A stretch of DNA of 64,000 bases from Pseudomonas aeruginosa PAO1 (GTDB taxonomy: Bacteria; Pseudomonadota; Gammaproteobacteria; Pseudomonadales; Pseudomonadaceae): the NCBI RefSeq assembly GCF_000006765.1, contig NC_002516.2; one strand, given 5' to 3'. The notes beneath the pieces are model-generated. The model saw only the letters and a program-made list of their open reading frames with translations, did not search any database and was not told the origin of the DNA. The position numbers were made by a program, and so were the translations under genes. Shown piece after piece: positions 21,617 through 31,957 of this stretch (the stretch's first letter is position 1; each line of letters opens with the position of its first letter).

Positions 21617-22543
21617 ATGAAATTCACCCTCCGCCAGCTCGAGGTGTTCGTCGCCGTGGCCCAGCAGGAGAGCGTCTCCCGCGCCGCCGAGGGGCTGTCG
21701 CTGTCGCAGTCGGCGACCAGCACCTCGCTCGGCGAGCTGGAGCGGCAGTTCGACTGCAAGCTGTTCGACCGCGCCGGCAAGCGCCTGACCCTCAATGCCC
21801 TCGGCCGCCAACTGCTGCCGCAGGCGGTGGCGCTGCTCGACCGCGGCGAGGAAATCGAGAACCTGCTCAACGGCAAGACCGCCTTCGGCTCCCTCGACCT
21901 CGGTGCCACCCTGACCATCGGCAACTACCTGGCCACGCTGCTGATCGGCGCCTTCATGCAGCGCCAGCCGGACTGCCGGGTGCGCCTGCACGTGCACAAC
22001 ACCGCCCAGGTGGTGCAGCAGGTCGCCCACTACGAGCTGGACCTGGGCCTGATCGAGGGCGACTGCCGGCATCCGGACATCGAGGTGCAACCCTGGATGG
22101 AGGACGAACTGGTGGTGTTCTGCGCCCCCCAGCATCCGCTGGCGCGGCGGGGCGGCGCCGACCTGGAACGGCTGACGCGGGAGGCCTGGATCCTCCGCGA
22201 GCAGGGCTCCGGCACCCGCCTGACCTTCGACCAGGCCATGCGTCATCACCCGCGGCCGCTGAACATCCGCCTGGAGCTGGAGCACACCGAGGCGATCAAG
22301 CGTGCCGTGGAGTCCGGCCTGGGCATCGGCTGCATTTCCCGCCTGGCCTTGCGCGACGCTTTCCGCCGCGGCAGCCTGGTGCCGGTGGAAACGCCCGGCC
22401 TGGACCTGCGCCGGCAGTTCTACTTCATCTGGCACAAGCAGAAGTACCAGACCGCGACCATGCGCGAGTTCCTCGACCTGTGCCGCAGCGAGACCGCCGG
22501 GATCAGCCGCAGCGACGAGATCGTGCTGCCGCTGATTCCCTGA
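21617..22543 (+). CDS. finR: FinR LysR-family regulator of fpr
   Basis: 308 aa LysR HTH; divergent from fpr. Confidence 0.88.
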   Translation: MKFTLRQLEVFVAVAQQESVSRAAEGLSLSQSATSTSLGELERQFDCKLFDRAGKRLTLNALGRQLLPQAVALLDRGEEIENLLNGKTAFGSLDLGATLTIGNYLATLLIGAFMQRQPDCRVRLHVHNTAQVVQQVAHYELDLGLIEGDCRHPDIEVQPWMEDELVVFCAPQHPLARRGGADLERLTREAWILREQGSGTRLTFDQAMRHHPRPLNIRLELEHTEAIKRAVESGLGIGCISRLALRDAFRRGSLVPVETPGLDLRRQFYFIWHKQKYQTATMREFLDLCRSETAGISRSDEIVLPLIP

Positions 22544-22544
22544 C

Positions 22545-22886
22545 TCAGTTGGCCAGGGACAGGTTGCCGTCGCGGTACTGGCGGTACGAGGTATAGGGCA
22601 GCGCGAGGGTGTCGATCACCCCGGACAGCGCGAAGTCGAGGGCCAGCACCTCGAGGATGCCGTCGGCTTGCGCCGGCGCCACCGGCGATCCGGTCTTCAC
22701 GTTGAGCCGGCAGAAGGTGTAGCTGACCCCGCTGTACACCCGCGGCAGGCTGGTGCAGGCGGTCGCCTTCAGGCGCAGGTCGTGGGCGGCGCTGGCGTCA
22801 TCGCGTACCAGCGTGTTGACGGAACCGCACCCGCCGAGCGTGGCGAGCCCCAGAAGCACCAGCAAAGAAAGCCCCGAACGAAACAT
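22545..22886 (-). CDS. YceK/YidQ-family lipoprotein
   Basis: ATG 22886 (113 aa); lipobox LGGC, RVYSGV, IDTLALPY. Confidence 0.8.
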   Translation of the reverse strand: MFRSGLSLLVLLGLATLGGCGSVNTLVRDDASAAHDLRLKATACTSLPRVYSGVSYTFCRLNVKTGSPVAPAQADGILEVLALDFALSGVIDTLALPYTSYRQYRDGNLSLAN

Positions 22887-22939
22887 TCCTTCATCTCCCT
22901 GTGCGAACGCCAGCCGAGTATGGCCGGCCTTGCGCCGCT

Positions 22940-24073
22940 TCACCAACCCTTGACGTTGTCCCAGCGCCAGTTGCGGTACTGGTACAGCAGCGTACCCAGC
23001 AACGCATAGGTGGCGGCCATGCCCAGCAGCACCAGGGCATGGTCGCTGACTTCGCGCAGCGGCAGGTCCATCTGGTTCATCTCGGCGATGGCGCGGATCG
23101 CCCAGGTCGAGGGGATCGCGTCGGCCAGCCAGCGTACCCAGTCCGGCATGGCCTGTTCCGGCCAGCTGTAGCCGGCCATGTAGAACAGCGGCAGGGTGAT
23201 GAAGGTCATGGTCAGGTACACCGATTCCTCGGTGGGCAGCAGCTCGGCGATGAACTCGCTGAGGGCGATCACCGCGATCAGGAACGGCAGGACGATCCCC
23301 AGCAGCATGAAGAACGAGGCCGACTGGCGATAGCCCAGCAGGTGCGGCCAGATCACGTAGAAGAGCATCGCCAGCACGGTCCAGATCAGCAGTTGCGCGC
23401 TGTAGCGGCCGAAGCGGGTCGACAGCGGCTGGCGCATGTAGCGCGGGGTGCCGCCGCGCAGCATGATGTTGCCGCGGGTGCAGCCGAGCAGCAGGCTGTG
23501 TTGCAGGATCAGCGACAGCAACCCCGGAAGGACGATGGCGGCGAAGCTGATGCCGGGGTTGAACAGGTCGGTCAATTGCCCTACCAGCGGGCTCAGCACC
23601 ACCTGCGCCTGGGTCGCGGTGAAGCCTTCGCGTTCCAGCAGGGCAGCGTTGTAGCGGTTGGTCAGCGCGCTGTAGACCGCCGAGATGTCCTGCTGGATCT
23701 GGCCGTTGGCCATGCGGTTGGTGGCATCGCCGAAGTACGGGATCACCAGCGCCTCGCCGCGCAGCAGGCGCTTCTCGAAGTTCAGCGGGATCACGATGAT
23801 CGCGTACAGCTTGCGCCAGGCCAGGTCGCGCTTGGCCTGCGGCAGGCTGTCGTAGCCAACCACGGCGACCTTCGGCGCCGAATCGAGCAGCCGGACCAGC
23901 TCGCGCGACACGTCGCTGTGGTCCTCGTCGACCACCGCCACCGGCAGGTCGAGGGCGGTGTGGTTCATGTACGGCAGCGAGGTGATGCACACCGAGGCCA
24001 CGACCATCAGCCACATCGGCTTGGACAGCATGGCCTTCAGGGTTTCCCGGAGGATCTGCAGGTAGTTCTTCAT
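22940..24073 (-). CDS. ABC-2 type permease (YbhR/YhhJ-like)
   Basis: 377 aa; LPVAVVDEDHS periplasmic domain, six-TM ABC-2 layout. Confidence 0.85.
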   Translation of the reverse strand: MKNYLQILRETLKAMLSKPMWLMVVASVCITSLPYMNHTALDLPVAVVDEDHSDVSRELVRLLDSAPKVAVVGYDSLPQAKRDLAWRKLYAIIVIPLNFEKRLLRGEALVIPYFGDATNRMANGQIQQDISAVYSALTNRYNAALLEREGFTATQAQVVLSPLVGQLTDLFNPGISFAAIVLPGLLSLILQHSLLLGCTRGNIMLRGGTPRYMRQPLSTRFGRYSAQLLIWTVLAMLFYVIWPHLLGYRQSASFFMLLGIVLPFLIAVIALSEFIAELLPTEESVYLTMTFITLPLFYMAGYSWPEQAMPDWVRWLADAIPSTWAIRAIAEMNQMDLPLREVSDHALVLLGMAATYALLGTLLYQYRNWRWDNVKGW

Positions 24074-25242
24074 ATCGGGCTCAGGTCCAGGCGGCTGCGC
24101 AGGCGCATCTTGGCGATCATGTAGGCGATCAGCGGGTACAGCGCCAGCTTGGCGCAGGTGTAGAGCGCCGAACTGGGCGGCGCCTGGCGCAGGAACTGGT
24201 CGAACAGGCCGTGCAGGGTGTGGGTCAGCGGCTCGGCCTCGGCGATCACCCGCGCCAGGGTCGGCATCGCCAGTTCCGGGATCAGCACTCCCGAGTAGGT
24301 CTGGGCGACGCCGATCAGCATGCCCACCAGCGAATAGGCGGTGAAGCGGTTGGCGGTGAAGACGAACAGCACCAGCCCGACGCTCTGCGCGGCGATCACG
24401 TAGAACAGCGTGATCATCAGCATCGCCAGCGGGCTGCCGTTGATGCGCGCGCCGGAGAACGCCACCAGCAGGAAGATTTCCAGCATCAGCAGCGCGGTGA
24501 ACAGCAGCGTGTAGGGCGCCAGTTTGCCCACCAGGCGTACGCCGAGGGCCTTGGCCCGCAGGATGTGCGGCGAGGAGGCGCGCAGTTCCGGCGCCTCGCG
24601 GGCCAGCACATGGACCATGGTGACGATCACGAACAGCTGTAGCAGGTGCACGATGGCGGCGAACTGCTGGTAATAGATGTAGTTGCCGCTGGCATTGAAC
24701 AGGCTGTCGTAGGACACGCTGATGCTCGCCAGGTGCGGCAGCGCCGCCGGCATCCCGGCGGCCAGGCGCGGACGCAATTCGCCGTTGAGGCTGGCGACCA
24801 GCGCCGAGAAGTCCTGGGTGGCGGCGTAGCCGGCCGAATACAGCAGCGCGTTGTAGTACAGCTCGGCCTTCGGCGCGCGCCCGCCGAGCACGTCGGCCTC
24901 GAAGTCCGGCGGGATGTAGAGCAAGGCGTAGGCATCGGCCCGACGGATCGCGTCGAGCCCCTCCTGGACGCCGGCGGGAACGGTAATCACCTGGGCGTGG
25001 GAGGTCGCGTCGAGTTCGCGGATCAACTTGCGCGACAGTTGGCTATGGTCCTTGTCGATCACCGCCAGCGGCATGTCCAGCAGGGTACCGGCCTGGTAGA
25101 CGCCGCTGATCACGCCGAACAGCAGCAGCGGCCAGCACCAGCCGAGCCAGTGGATGGTCCAGCTGCGGCAGGCGATCCGCGTCTCGGTGTTGAACGCCTG
25201 GACGAAACGGCTGGCGTTGCGCTTCAGCGCGGCCCACGCCAT
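24070..25242 (-). CDS. ABC-2 type permease (YbhS-like)
   Basis: 390 aa; MPLAVIDKDHSQLSR, paralog of adjacent permease. Confidence 0.85.
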   Translation of the reverse strand: MAWAALKRNASRFVQAFNTETRIACRSWTIHWLGWCWPLLLFGVISGVYQAGTLLDMPLAVIDKDHSQLSRKLIRELDATSHAQVITVPAGVQEGLDAIRRADAYALLYIPPDFEADVLGGRAPKAELYYNALLYSAGYAATQDFSALVASLNGELRPRLAAGMPAALPHLASISVSYDSLFNASGNYIYYQQFAAIVHLLQLFVIVTMVHVLAREAPELRASSPHILRAKALGVRLVGKLAPYTLLFTALLMLEIFLLVAFSGARINGSPLAMLMITLFYVIAAQSVGLVLFVFTANRFTAYSLVGMLIGVAQTYSGVLIPELAMPTLARVIAEAEPLTHTLHGLFDQFLRQAPPSSALYTCAKLALYPLIAYMIAKMRLRSRLDLSPI

Positions 25243-25245
25243 CGC

Positions 25246-26217
25246 TCAGTTCGTCCAGCGCCACAGCGCGCTCATGCCCGGGCGCAGGCCGGGTGTCGGC
25301 TGCAACGGGTAGAAGCGGGTCTCGAAGGTCTTCAGGTCGAAATCACCGGTGGCGCGGGTCGCGCGCCTGGTCGAGAAATCGCCCAGCGGGGCGATGTAGC
25401 GCAGTTCGGTCTCGACCTCGGCGCCGCCCAGGCCGGGCACCTGCATGACGATGCGGTCGCCCTTGCGCACCTTGGCCAGGATGTCCTCGCGCAGGTTGAA
25501 GACGAAGTAGCTGTCGTCCAGCCGCACCAGCGTCAGCAGCGGACTGTAGGCGTTGATCAGTTCGCCCTGTTCGGCGGGGATCGGCCCGACCTCGCCGTTG
25601 ACCGGCGCGCGCACCTGCAGGTCGTCGATCTGCGCCTGTAGCTCGGCGATCTGCGCGTCGGCCCGGCGCACCGCGGCCTGCAACGCCTGGCGGCGCTCCT
25701 CGCGGTCGCCCTTGAGGCCTTCGTCGAGATTGGCCCGCGCCTCGGCGACGCGGTCGCGGGCGACATCGCGCTCACGCCGCGAGAGGTCGAACTGGGTCCG
25801 CGAGAGGAAGCCGCGCTCGACCATCTGCTGGTTGCGCTGGAAATCCGACTCGGCGTTGCGCAACTCGGCCTCGGCCTGTGCCAGGCTGGCCTTGAGCGCG
25901 CGGATGCTCTCCTCGCGGGTACCGTGGAGCGACTCGTCGAGCTGCGCCTGGGCCTGGTTGCGCGCCGCGTGCAAGGCATCGAGCTGGGCTTCCAGCTCGG
26001 GGCTATCGAGGCTGATCAGCAGGTCGCCCTGCTTCACCTCGTCGCCGCGCCGCACGTGCAGCACCTGGACCCGGCCCTTGGCCTTGGAGGAAACGATGAC
26101 GTTGGTGGCGTCCGCCTCGCCCTGCAACAGCAGGGGCGGATTGTGCAGGCGCAGGTAGAGGGTGATGGCGACGATCGCGAGGATCAGCAGCGGGGTAAAG
26201 AGTTTCCATCCCTTCAT
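25246..26217 (-). CDS. HlyD-family periplasmic adaptor
   Basis: ATG 26217 (323 aa); N-terminal TM, biotinyl-lipoyl halves, coiled coil, LRPGMSA. Confidence 0.88.
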   Translation of the reverse strand: MKGWKLFTPLLILAIVAITLYLRLHNPPLLLQGEADATNVIVSSKAKGRVQVLHVRRGDEVKQGDLLISLDSPELEAQLDALHAARNQAQAQLDESLHGTREESIRALKASLAQAEAELRNAESDFQRNQQMVERGFLSRTQFDLSRRERDVARDRVAEARANLDEGLKGDREERRQALQAAVRRADAQIAELQAQIDDLQVRAPVNGEVGPIPAEQGELINAYSPLLTLVRLDDSYFVFNLREDILAKVRKGDRIVMQVPGLGGAEVETELRYIAPLGDFSTRRATRATGDFDLKTFETRFYPLQPTPGLRPGMSALWRWTN

Positions 26218-26317
26218 GGGGCAGGCTTCCTGAACACGACCGGGCGATGGTAGTACATTGCCAGGCCGTTGCGCTGGCCGGAAGCGCGCCGGAGACCGGC
26301 TCCGGCGCGGCGACGAA

Positions 26318-26803
26318 TCAGGCTTCCCCTTCGGCGTCCTCGCTCGCCACCCGCCGCGCGGCGGCGCCGTCGGACTTCGCCGAAGGGAAGCGCGCCGAGG
26401 CGAAGCGCACCACCAGGATCGCCAGCGCCAGCAGGAGCAACGCCACCGAGACCAGGATGATGCCATCGTCCGGCGTATGGTTGTGCTGGATGTCGGCGAT
26501 CATCAGGCGGGTCAGCGCGGTCATCGCCACGTAGATCAGGAAGCGTACCGGCATGTGGTTGGTCTTGAAGTAGATACCGACCATCGCGCCCAACTCGAGG
26601 TAGATGAACAGCAGGAGGATGTCGTCGATCGACGCATGCCCCTTGTTCACCATCCCCAGGAAAGCCGCGCCCGCCGCCCAGAAGACCGTGGCGCCGATGG
26701 CGAACAGGGCCAGGTAGTGGAACGCCTCCACCAGCAGGTTGCCGAGGCTCTCCGCCTGGTGGTGCATGCTTGCGCGCAGGCGCTCGGCCCAATTCTGTTT
26801 CAT
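26318..26803 (-). CDS. PsiE-family membrane protein
   Basis: ATG 26803 (161 aa); DDILLLFIYLELGAMVGIYFKTNHMPVRFLIYVAMTAL. Confidence 0.8.
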   Translation of the reverse strand: MKQNWAERLRASMHHQAESLGNLLVEAFHYLALFAIGATVFWAAGAAFLGMVNKGHASIDDILLLFIYLELGAMVGIYFKTNHMPVRFLIYVAMTALTRLMIADIQHNHTPDDGIILVSVALLLLALAILVVRFASARFPSAKSDGAAARRVASEDAEGEA

Positions 26804-26977
26804 AGCTTCTCCCGACAAAGACGACGGCCACCTGGCCCGAAGCGTGCAAGGCCCAGGCCAAGGCACGTGCGCAGATAGACGTCCGCACGTCGGCGCAGGG
26901 TACAGCCCGGCGGTGACAAAGAACTTTCCGGGCGGCACCCAGTCCCAACCAGCACGACAGCATTCAGGTGGTCCGCC

Positions 26978-27265
26978 ATGACCGACAGCAGCCCTTTCCA
27001 GCTCCTCACCGAGGCCTTCCAGGCCGAGTACCGGGTCAACCTCAGCCTGGAGCGGCCGGACGGCAGCATCGTCCTCACCCTCTCCAACGAACGCGGGGTC
27101 GCCGCCAAGCGCCTGATCCGACCGGCGCAACTGCATGACCTGGAACAGTTGCAGCGGATGATCGAGAGCATCCGCTTCGGCATCGCCATCGAAAACGGCA
27201 CCAGCGCGCCGCAACTGTTGCAGGCGATGACCCAAGGCAAGGCACGCTGGCCGATAGCTATCTGA
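26978..27265 (+). CDS. Small hypothetical protein (DUF3509-like)
   Basis: 95 aa ORF with AGGTGG-like SD; family assignment from memory. Confidence 0.65.
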   Translation: MTDSSPFQLLTEAFQAEYRVNLSLERPDGSIVLTLSNERGVAAKRLIRPAQLHDLEQLQRMIESIRFGIAIENGTSAPQLLQAMTQGKARWPIAI

Positions 27266-28613
27266 TGGCAGCGGTGACCTGCGCGCGACCTTCGCCGGCG
27301 CCGAAATAGGCAGCCAGCACCGCCAGGTCGCGGTCTTCCAGCACCCCCGCCAGCTGGCGCAGGCGCAGCCAGGCGTTGAGGTAGGCGTAGCGCGCTTCCG
27401 CCAGGTCGCGGCGGGCGCCGTAGAACTGCTGTTCGGCGTCCAGCACGTCGCGATTGACCCGCTCCCCGCCGGCGACGCTGCGCCGCGTCGCTGTCACCTG
27501 TTCGCGCGCCGCCGCCACCGCCATCTCGTAGGCACGCACCTTGGCCAGGCTGCTGGCGGTCAGGTCGAACTGGCTGTGCAGGTCATTGATCACACTGGCC
27601 ACCTGGGCATCCAGCTCGGCCTGGGCCTGGGCGTACTTGTCGCCGGCCTGGCGGGTCGCTGCCGAAACCCGCCCGCCCTCGAACAGCGGCAGGCTGAGAC
27701 GCAGGCCGACACTGTCGGTGTCGTATTTCTGCTCGTAGGTGCTTTCCGAAGCCGAGTGCGTCTTGCTGCTGCTGGCGTAGAGGCTGAGCCTGGGCAAGTG
27801 GCCGGCACGATTGCGCTCCACCTCGTAGGCTGCCGCCTCCAGCGCATGGCGCTGGGCGCCCAGCTCGGCGCTGCGTTGCAGGGCCACCTGGCGCCAGCCT
27901 TCGAAGGTCGCCGGTTGCAGGCGCAGCGCCGGGAAGCGCTCGATGGGCGCGGCCAGTTCGCGATCCTCCAGTGCCTGCCCGAGCATCGCCTCCAGCGTAC
28001 GCCGCGCCGCCGCCGCGCGATCGCTGGCGGCGATCTCCTCGGCGCGGGTCAGGCTCAGCCGGGCGCGGGTCTCCAGCAGGTCGGTGCGGGTGCCCTCGCC
28101 TTCCTCGAAGGCACGCTGGTTGAACGCCAGCTGGGTTTCCAGGGCGCGCCGCTGGGCTTCGGCCAGGACCACCTGCTCGCGGGCGAACAGGGTTTCGCTG
28201 TAGGCGGCGAACAGGCGCACCGCCAGTTCCTGGCTGCGCCCGCGGAACTGTTCGTCGGCGAACAGCGCCTGGGCCTCGCCCTGGCGGTAGCGCGCGTAGG
28301 CCTCGTAGTCGAACAGCGGCTGCTCCAGGCTGAGGGTCGAGGCGTAGCTGCGATAGTCGCGCTCGACGCGGGCGTCGCCCTGGCTGACGGTGGAGTCGTT
28401 GCGCGCCTTGTTGTAGTCGTAGCGCAGGCTCGGCAGCAGGCCGGCACGGCCGATGGCGCGGTTTTCGCTGCCGGCGCGGCGCTCGTGGAGCGCCGCCTGG
28501 AAGGTCGGGTCGTGGCGCACCGCCAGTTGGTAGGCGTCCAGCAGGCCCAGTGCCTGGGCCGAAGAGGCCGAAAGCAGCGCGGAGGACAGCAGGCAGGCTC
28601 GCAGGCGATTCAT
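27258..28613 (-). CDS. hasF: TolC-family outer membrane protein HasF (OpmM)
   Basis: 451 aa; signal peptide, OEP repeats; last gene of has T1SS. Confidence 0.88.
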   Translation of the reverse strand: MNRLRACLLSSALLSASSAQALGLLDAYQLAVRHDPTFQAALHERRAGSENRAIGRAGLLPSLRYDYNKARNDSTVSQGDARVERDYRSYASTLSLEQPLFDYEAYARYRQGEAQALFADEQFRGRSQELAVRLFAAYSETLFAREQVVLAEAQRRALETQLAFNQRAFEEGEGTRTDLLETRARLSLTRAEEIAASDRAAAARRTLEAMLGQALEDRELAAPIERFPALRLQPATFEGWRQVALQRSAELGAQRHALEAAAYEVERNRAGHLPRLSLYASSSKTHSASESTYEQKYDTDSVGLRLSLPLFEGGRVSAATRQAGDKYAQAQAELDAQVASVINDLHSQFDLTASSLAKVRAYEMAVAAAREQVTATRRSVAGGERVNRDVLDAEQQFYGARRDLAEARYAYLNAWLRLRQLAGVLEDRDLAVLAAYFGAGEGRAQVTAAIR

Positions 28614-29941
28614 TCTTCCCCCAGCGCCAGGTGGGTACGGTCGGCCAGCGGCTTGAACAGGTAGTTCAACAGCGAGCGCTCGCCGCTGCGAACGAAGGCC
28701 TCCACCGGCATCCCCGGGCGGATCTCCAGGCCGGCCAGGCGACGTACGCCCTCCTCGCCTACGCGGATGCGCACCCGGTAGTACGGCGCCTCGCTGCGCT
28801 CGTCCAGCAGGCGGTCGGCCGAGACCAGGGTCACTTCGCCCTCCACCCGCGGCGTAGTGCTCTGGTTGAAGGCGCTGAACATCAGCTCCACCGGCAGGCC
28901 GACGCGGACCTTGTCGACCATCTCCACCGGCAGCCGAGCGTCCACCAGCAGCGGCTGGCGCTCCGGGAGGATTTCCATCAGTTGCTGGCCGGGCGCGATC
29001 ACGCCGCCCTCGGTGAACACTTCCTGGCCGACCACCAGGCCGGCGACCGGCGCCCGTACCTCGCTGTTGGCCAGGTCGAAGCGCGCGCTGGCCAGGCGAT
29101 TGCGCAACTCCTCGGCGCGCACCTGGGCGTCGGCCAGGCTGGCGCGCACCTCTTCCTGGAACTTCTCCCGCCGCTGGGCCATGCGCAGGCGCAGTTCGAG
29201 GATCTGCCGGCGGGTACTGCCGAGGCTGCCGAGGTCGCCGGCGATCTCGCCGTTGACCTGGGCCAGCAGGCGCTCGCTGTCGAGCAGGCGGTTGCGCGGC
29301 ACGTAGCCCTCGCTGGCCAGTTGGCGCAGGCCGCGCAACTGTTCCTCGAGGGCGGCGCGCTGCTGCTCCTTGCTGCGCAGCGCGGCTTGCAGGCCGTCCA
29401 GTTGCGCCTGGCTGCCGGCGACCGTCTCGGCGAGACCATCGAGTTCCAGGCGCAGCGCCCGCCGACGGCTGTCGTGCAACTGCCGCTGCTGTTCCAGCAG
29501 GGTCGGCAGGCGCGGGTCGTCCAGCGCCAGCAGCTCGGCGGGAAACTCGATCCGCGCCTTTTCATCGCGCTCGGCGCTCAGCCGCGCCAGACTCGCCAGC
29601 GCCGCCAGGTACTGGGCGAACAGGCCATCGGCCTGGGCCCGGGCCTGGGTAGCGTCCATCTCCAGCAGCACCTGTCCTGCCTCAACCCGCTCGCCTTCGT
29701 GCACGCGGATGTGCCTGACCAGGCCGCCGGTAGGGTGCTGCACGGCCTTGCGGCTACCGGCCACCATCACCGTGCCGGAGACCCCGACACCCTTGTCCAG
29801 CGGGGCCAACCCGGCCCACAGGAGAAAGCCGACGAAGCCGAGCAGCACCAGCCCCCAGCCGAGCCGGGAAAAACGCTTCTCGTCCAGTTCCAGCGCCGCG
29901 CCGCCGGCGCCGACTTCGCGCAACCGCGCCTGCCCGCTCAT
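28610..29941 (-). CDS. hasE: T1SS membrane fusion protein HasE
   Basis: 443 aa; [25 protein letters not shown]. Confidence 0.92.
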   Translation of the reverse strand: MSGQARLREVGAGGAALELDEKRFSRLGWGLVLLGFVGFLLWAGLAPLDKGVGVSGTVMVAGSRKAVQHPTGGLVRHIRVHEGERVEAGQVLLEMDATQARAQADGLFAQYLAALASLARLSAERDEKARIEFPAELLALDDPRLPTLLEQQRQLHDSRRRALRLELDGLAETVAGSQAQLDGLQAALRSKEQQRAALEEQLRGLRQLASEGYVPRNRLLDSERLLAQVNGEIAGDLGSLGSTRRQILELRLRMAQRREKFQEEVRASLADAQVRAEELRNRLASARFDLANSEVRAPVAGLVVGQEVFTEGGVIAPGQQLMEILPERQPLLVDARLPVEMVDKVRVGLPVELMFSAFNQSTTPRVEGEVTLVSADRLLDERSEAPYYRVRIRVGEEGVRRLAGLEIRPGMPVEAFVRSGERSLLNYLFKPLADRTHLALGEE

Positions 29942-31740
29942 CGCGCCGCTCCTCCCGGCACACCGCCGACCGGCATCCCCGGTCCCGGCCGGTAGCCGAA
30001 ACCGAACGCCGGCGTCGGCCGTGTCGGCGCCGGGGCCGGGGCCGGGGCCGCAGCGGCCGGCGGCGAGGCGCTGGCGAGCACCTCGGCGGTCGCGCCGAAA
30101 CGCTGCAGGCGCCCGCCATGCAGCAACAACAGCTTGTCGGTCAGCGCCAGCACTGCCGGCTTGTGGGTGACCAGCACCAGGCTGCTGCCCTGCCGGCGCA
30201 TCGCCGCGATGGCCTCGGCCAGGGCCGCCTCACCCGCCTCGTCGAGACTGGCATTGGGTTCGTCGAGCACGATCAGCGCCGGTCGCCCGTACAGCGCGCG
30301 GGCCAGGCCGATGCGCTGGCGCTGGCCGCCGGAGAGACCGGCGCCGCCGTCGCCAAGGCGCGTGTCGTAGCCCTGCGGCAGGCGCAGCACCAGGTCGTGT
30401 ACGCCGGCCAGGCGCGCTGCCGCCACCACCTTCTCGGCATCCACCTCGGCGAAGCGCGCGATGTTCTCGGCGATGCTGCCGGCGAACAGTTGCACGTCCT
30501 GGGCCAGGTAGCCGATGTGCGGCCCCAGTGCCGCCGCGCTCCACTGCCGCAGGTCGGCGCCGTCCAGGCGCACCGCGCCGGACAGCGGCTGCCAGGCGCC
30601 CACCAGCAAGCGCGCCAGGGTCGACTTGCCGGAACCGGACGGCCCGATCACGCCGAGCGCTTCGCCAGGCTCCAGGGCGAAACCGAGGTCCTGCAACAAT
30701 GCCTGCTCGCGTCCCGGCGCGGCCGCGCAGAGCCGCTCGACGCGCAACGCGCCGCGCGGCGCCGGCAGCGGCATGCCCAGGGCAGCCGGCGGATTCTCCT
30801 CGAGCAGCCGCGCCAGTCGCTGGTAGGCCTGCCGCGCGCCGCTCCACTGGCGCCAGACCGCGATCAACTGGTCGATGGGGCTGAGCACGCGGCCCATCAG
30901 GATCGAGCCGGCGATCATCATCCCCGGGGTGATCAGGCCATCCACCGCCAGCCAGGCGCCGAGGCCGAGCACCAGCGACTGCAAGGCCAGGCGCACGCCC
31001 TTGGAGGTCGCGCCGATCGCCGCACTGCGCTCGCTGCCGAGGTTCTGCCGGGCAAGGAAGGCCTGGTGCTGGGCGAACCAGCGCGCGCGCATGGCCGGCA
31101 ACATGCCCATTGCCGCCAGGGTTTCCGCCTGGCGCAGGTTGGCCGAGGCCTGCTGGGTGGCGAGGATCGACAGTTGCCCGGCCTCGGCCAGCGGTTCGCG
31201 CGAGCGGCTTTCGTTGACCCAGGCGAGCAGCACCAGCAGCAGCGCCCCGGCCAGGGCGAGCAGGCCGAGCCAGGGACTGAAGAGGAAGATCACCAGCAGG
31301 TAGAGCGGAAACCAGGGCGCGTCGAAGAAGGCGAACAGGGCGTTGCCGGTGAGGAACTGGCGCAGGCTGGTCAGGTCGTTCAGCGCCTGTCCGGCGGCCT
31401 GCTCGCCGCGCTCCAGGCTGGCGCGGAAGGAGGCGTCGTAGATGCGCTGGTTGAGTTGCATGTCGAGCTGGCCGCCGAGGCGGATCACCACCAGGCTGCG
31501 CACCCACTCCAGGGCGCCGAGCAGCAGGTAGAGGCCGAGCACCATGAGGGTCAGCATCAGCAGGGTCATGTGGTTGCCGGAGCCGAGCACCCGGTCGTAG
31601 ACCTGCAGCATGTACAGCGACGGCGCCAGCATCAGCAGGTTGATCACCGCGGTGAACAGCGCGACGCTGCGCAGCGCCGGGCGGAAGCGGCCGAGGGTGG
31701 CGAGGATTTCATTGCGCGGCGAGGCCGGCCGGAGCTTCAT
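29938..31740 (-). CDS. hasD: T1SS ABC protein HasD
   Basis: ATG 31740 (600 aa); [29 protein letters not shown]. Confidence 0.92.
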   Translation of the reverse strand: MKLRPASPRNEILATLGRFRPALRSVALFTAVINLLMLAPSLYMLQVYDRVLGSGNHMTLLMLTLMVLGLYLLLGALEWVRSLVVIRLGGQLDMQLNQRIYDASFRASLERGEQAAGQALNDLTSLRQFLTGNALFAFFDAPWFPLYLLVIFLFSPWLGLLALAGALLLVLLAWVNESRSREPLAEAGQLSILATQQASANLRQAETLAAMGMLPAMRARWFAQHQAFLARQNLGSERSAAIGATSKGVRLALQSLVLGLGAWLAVDGLITPGMMIAGSILMGRVLSPIDQLIAVWRQWSGARQAYQRLARLLEENPPAALGMPLPAPRGALRVERLCAAAPGREQALLQDLGFALEPGEALGVIGPSGSGKSTLARLLVGAWQPLSGAVRLDGADLRQWSAAALGPHIGYLAQDVQLFAGSIAENIARFAEVDAEKVVAAARLAGVHDLVLRLPQGYDTRLGDGGAGLSGGQRQRIGLARALYGRPALIVLDEPNASLDEAGEAALAEAIAAMRRQGSSLVLVTHKPAVLALTDKLLLLHGGRLQRFGATAEVLASASPPAAAAPAPAPAPTRPTPAFGFGYRPGPGMPVGGVPGGAAR

Positions 31741-31885
31741 CGGAGTCGGGTCCTGTGGGTGTCCGGGCCGCGAGCGGGCCCGGAGGACATTGCGGCAGTC
31801 TCCGCTTGCCGGGCACGGCCGGCGGAGGAACAATCCGGGGGCCGCCGTCGCCACGGGTGCGAGGCGCAGCGACAGCGGTTCGTGC

Positions 31886-31915
31886 GCCGGAGAGGAGCGC
31901 CAACTCCTCTCCGGC
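31886..31915. terminator. Hairpin after hasAp (partial terminator or stabiliser)
   Basis: GCCGGAGAGGAG-N6-CTCCTCTCCGGC, 12-bp stem; no U-tract on the hasA strand. Confidence 0.55.
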
Positions 31916-31957
31916 CTTTAGCGCAAGCAGTCCACGAACGCTATCGTGGACAGTTGC

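Noticed and set aside
26804-26977. Pho box for the psiE-like gene
   Set aside because: One half-site (TTGTCAC, minus strand) found, but no partner at 11-bp spacing.
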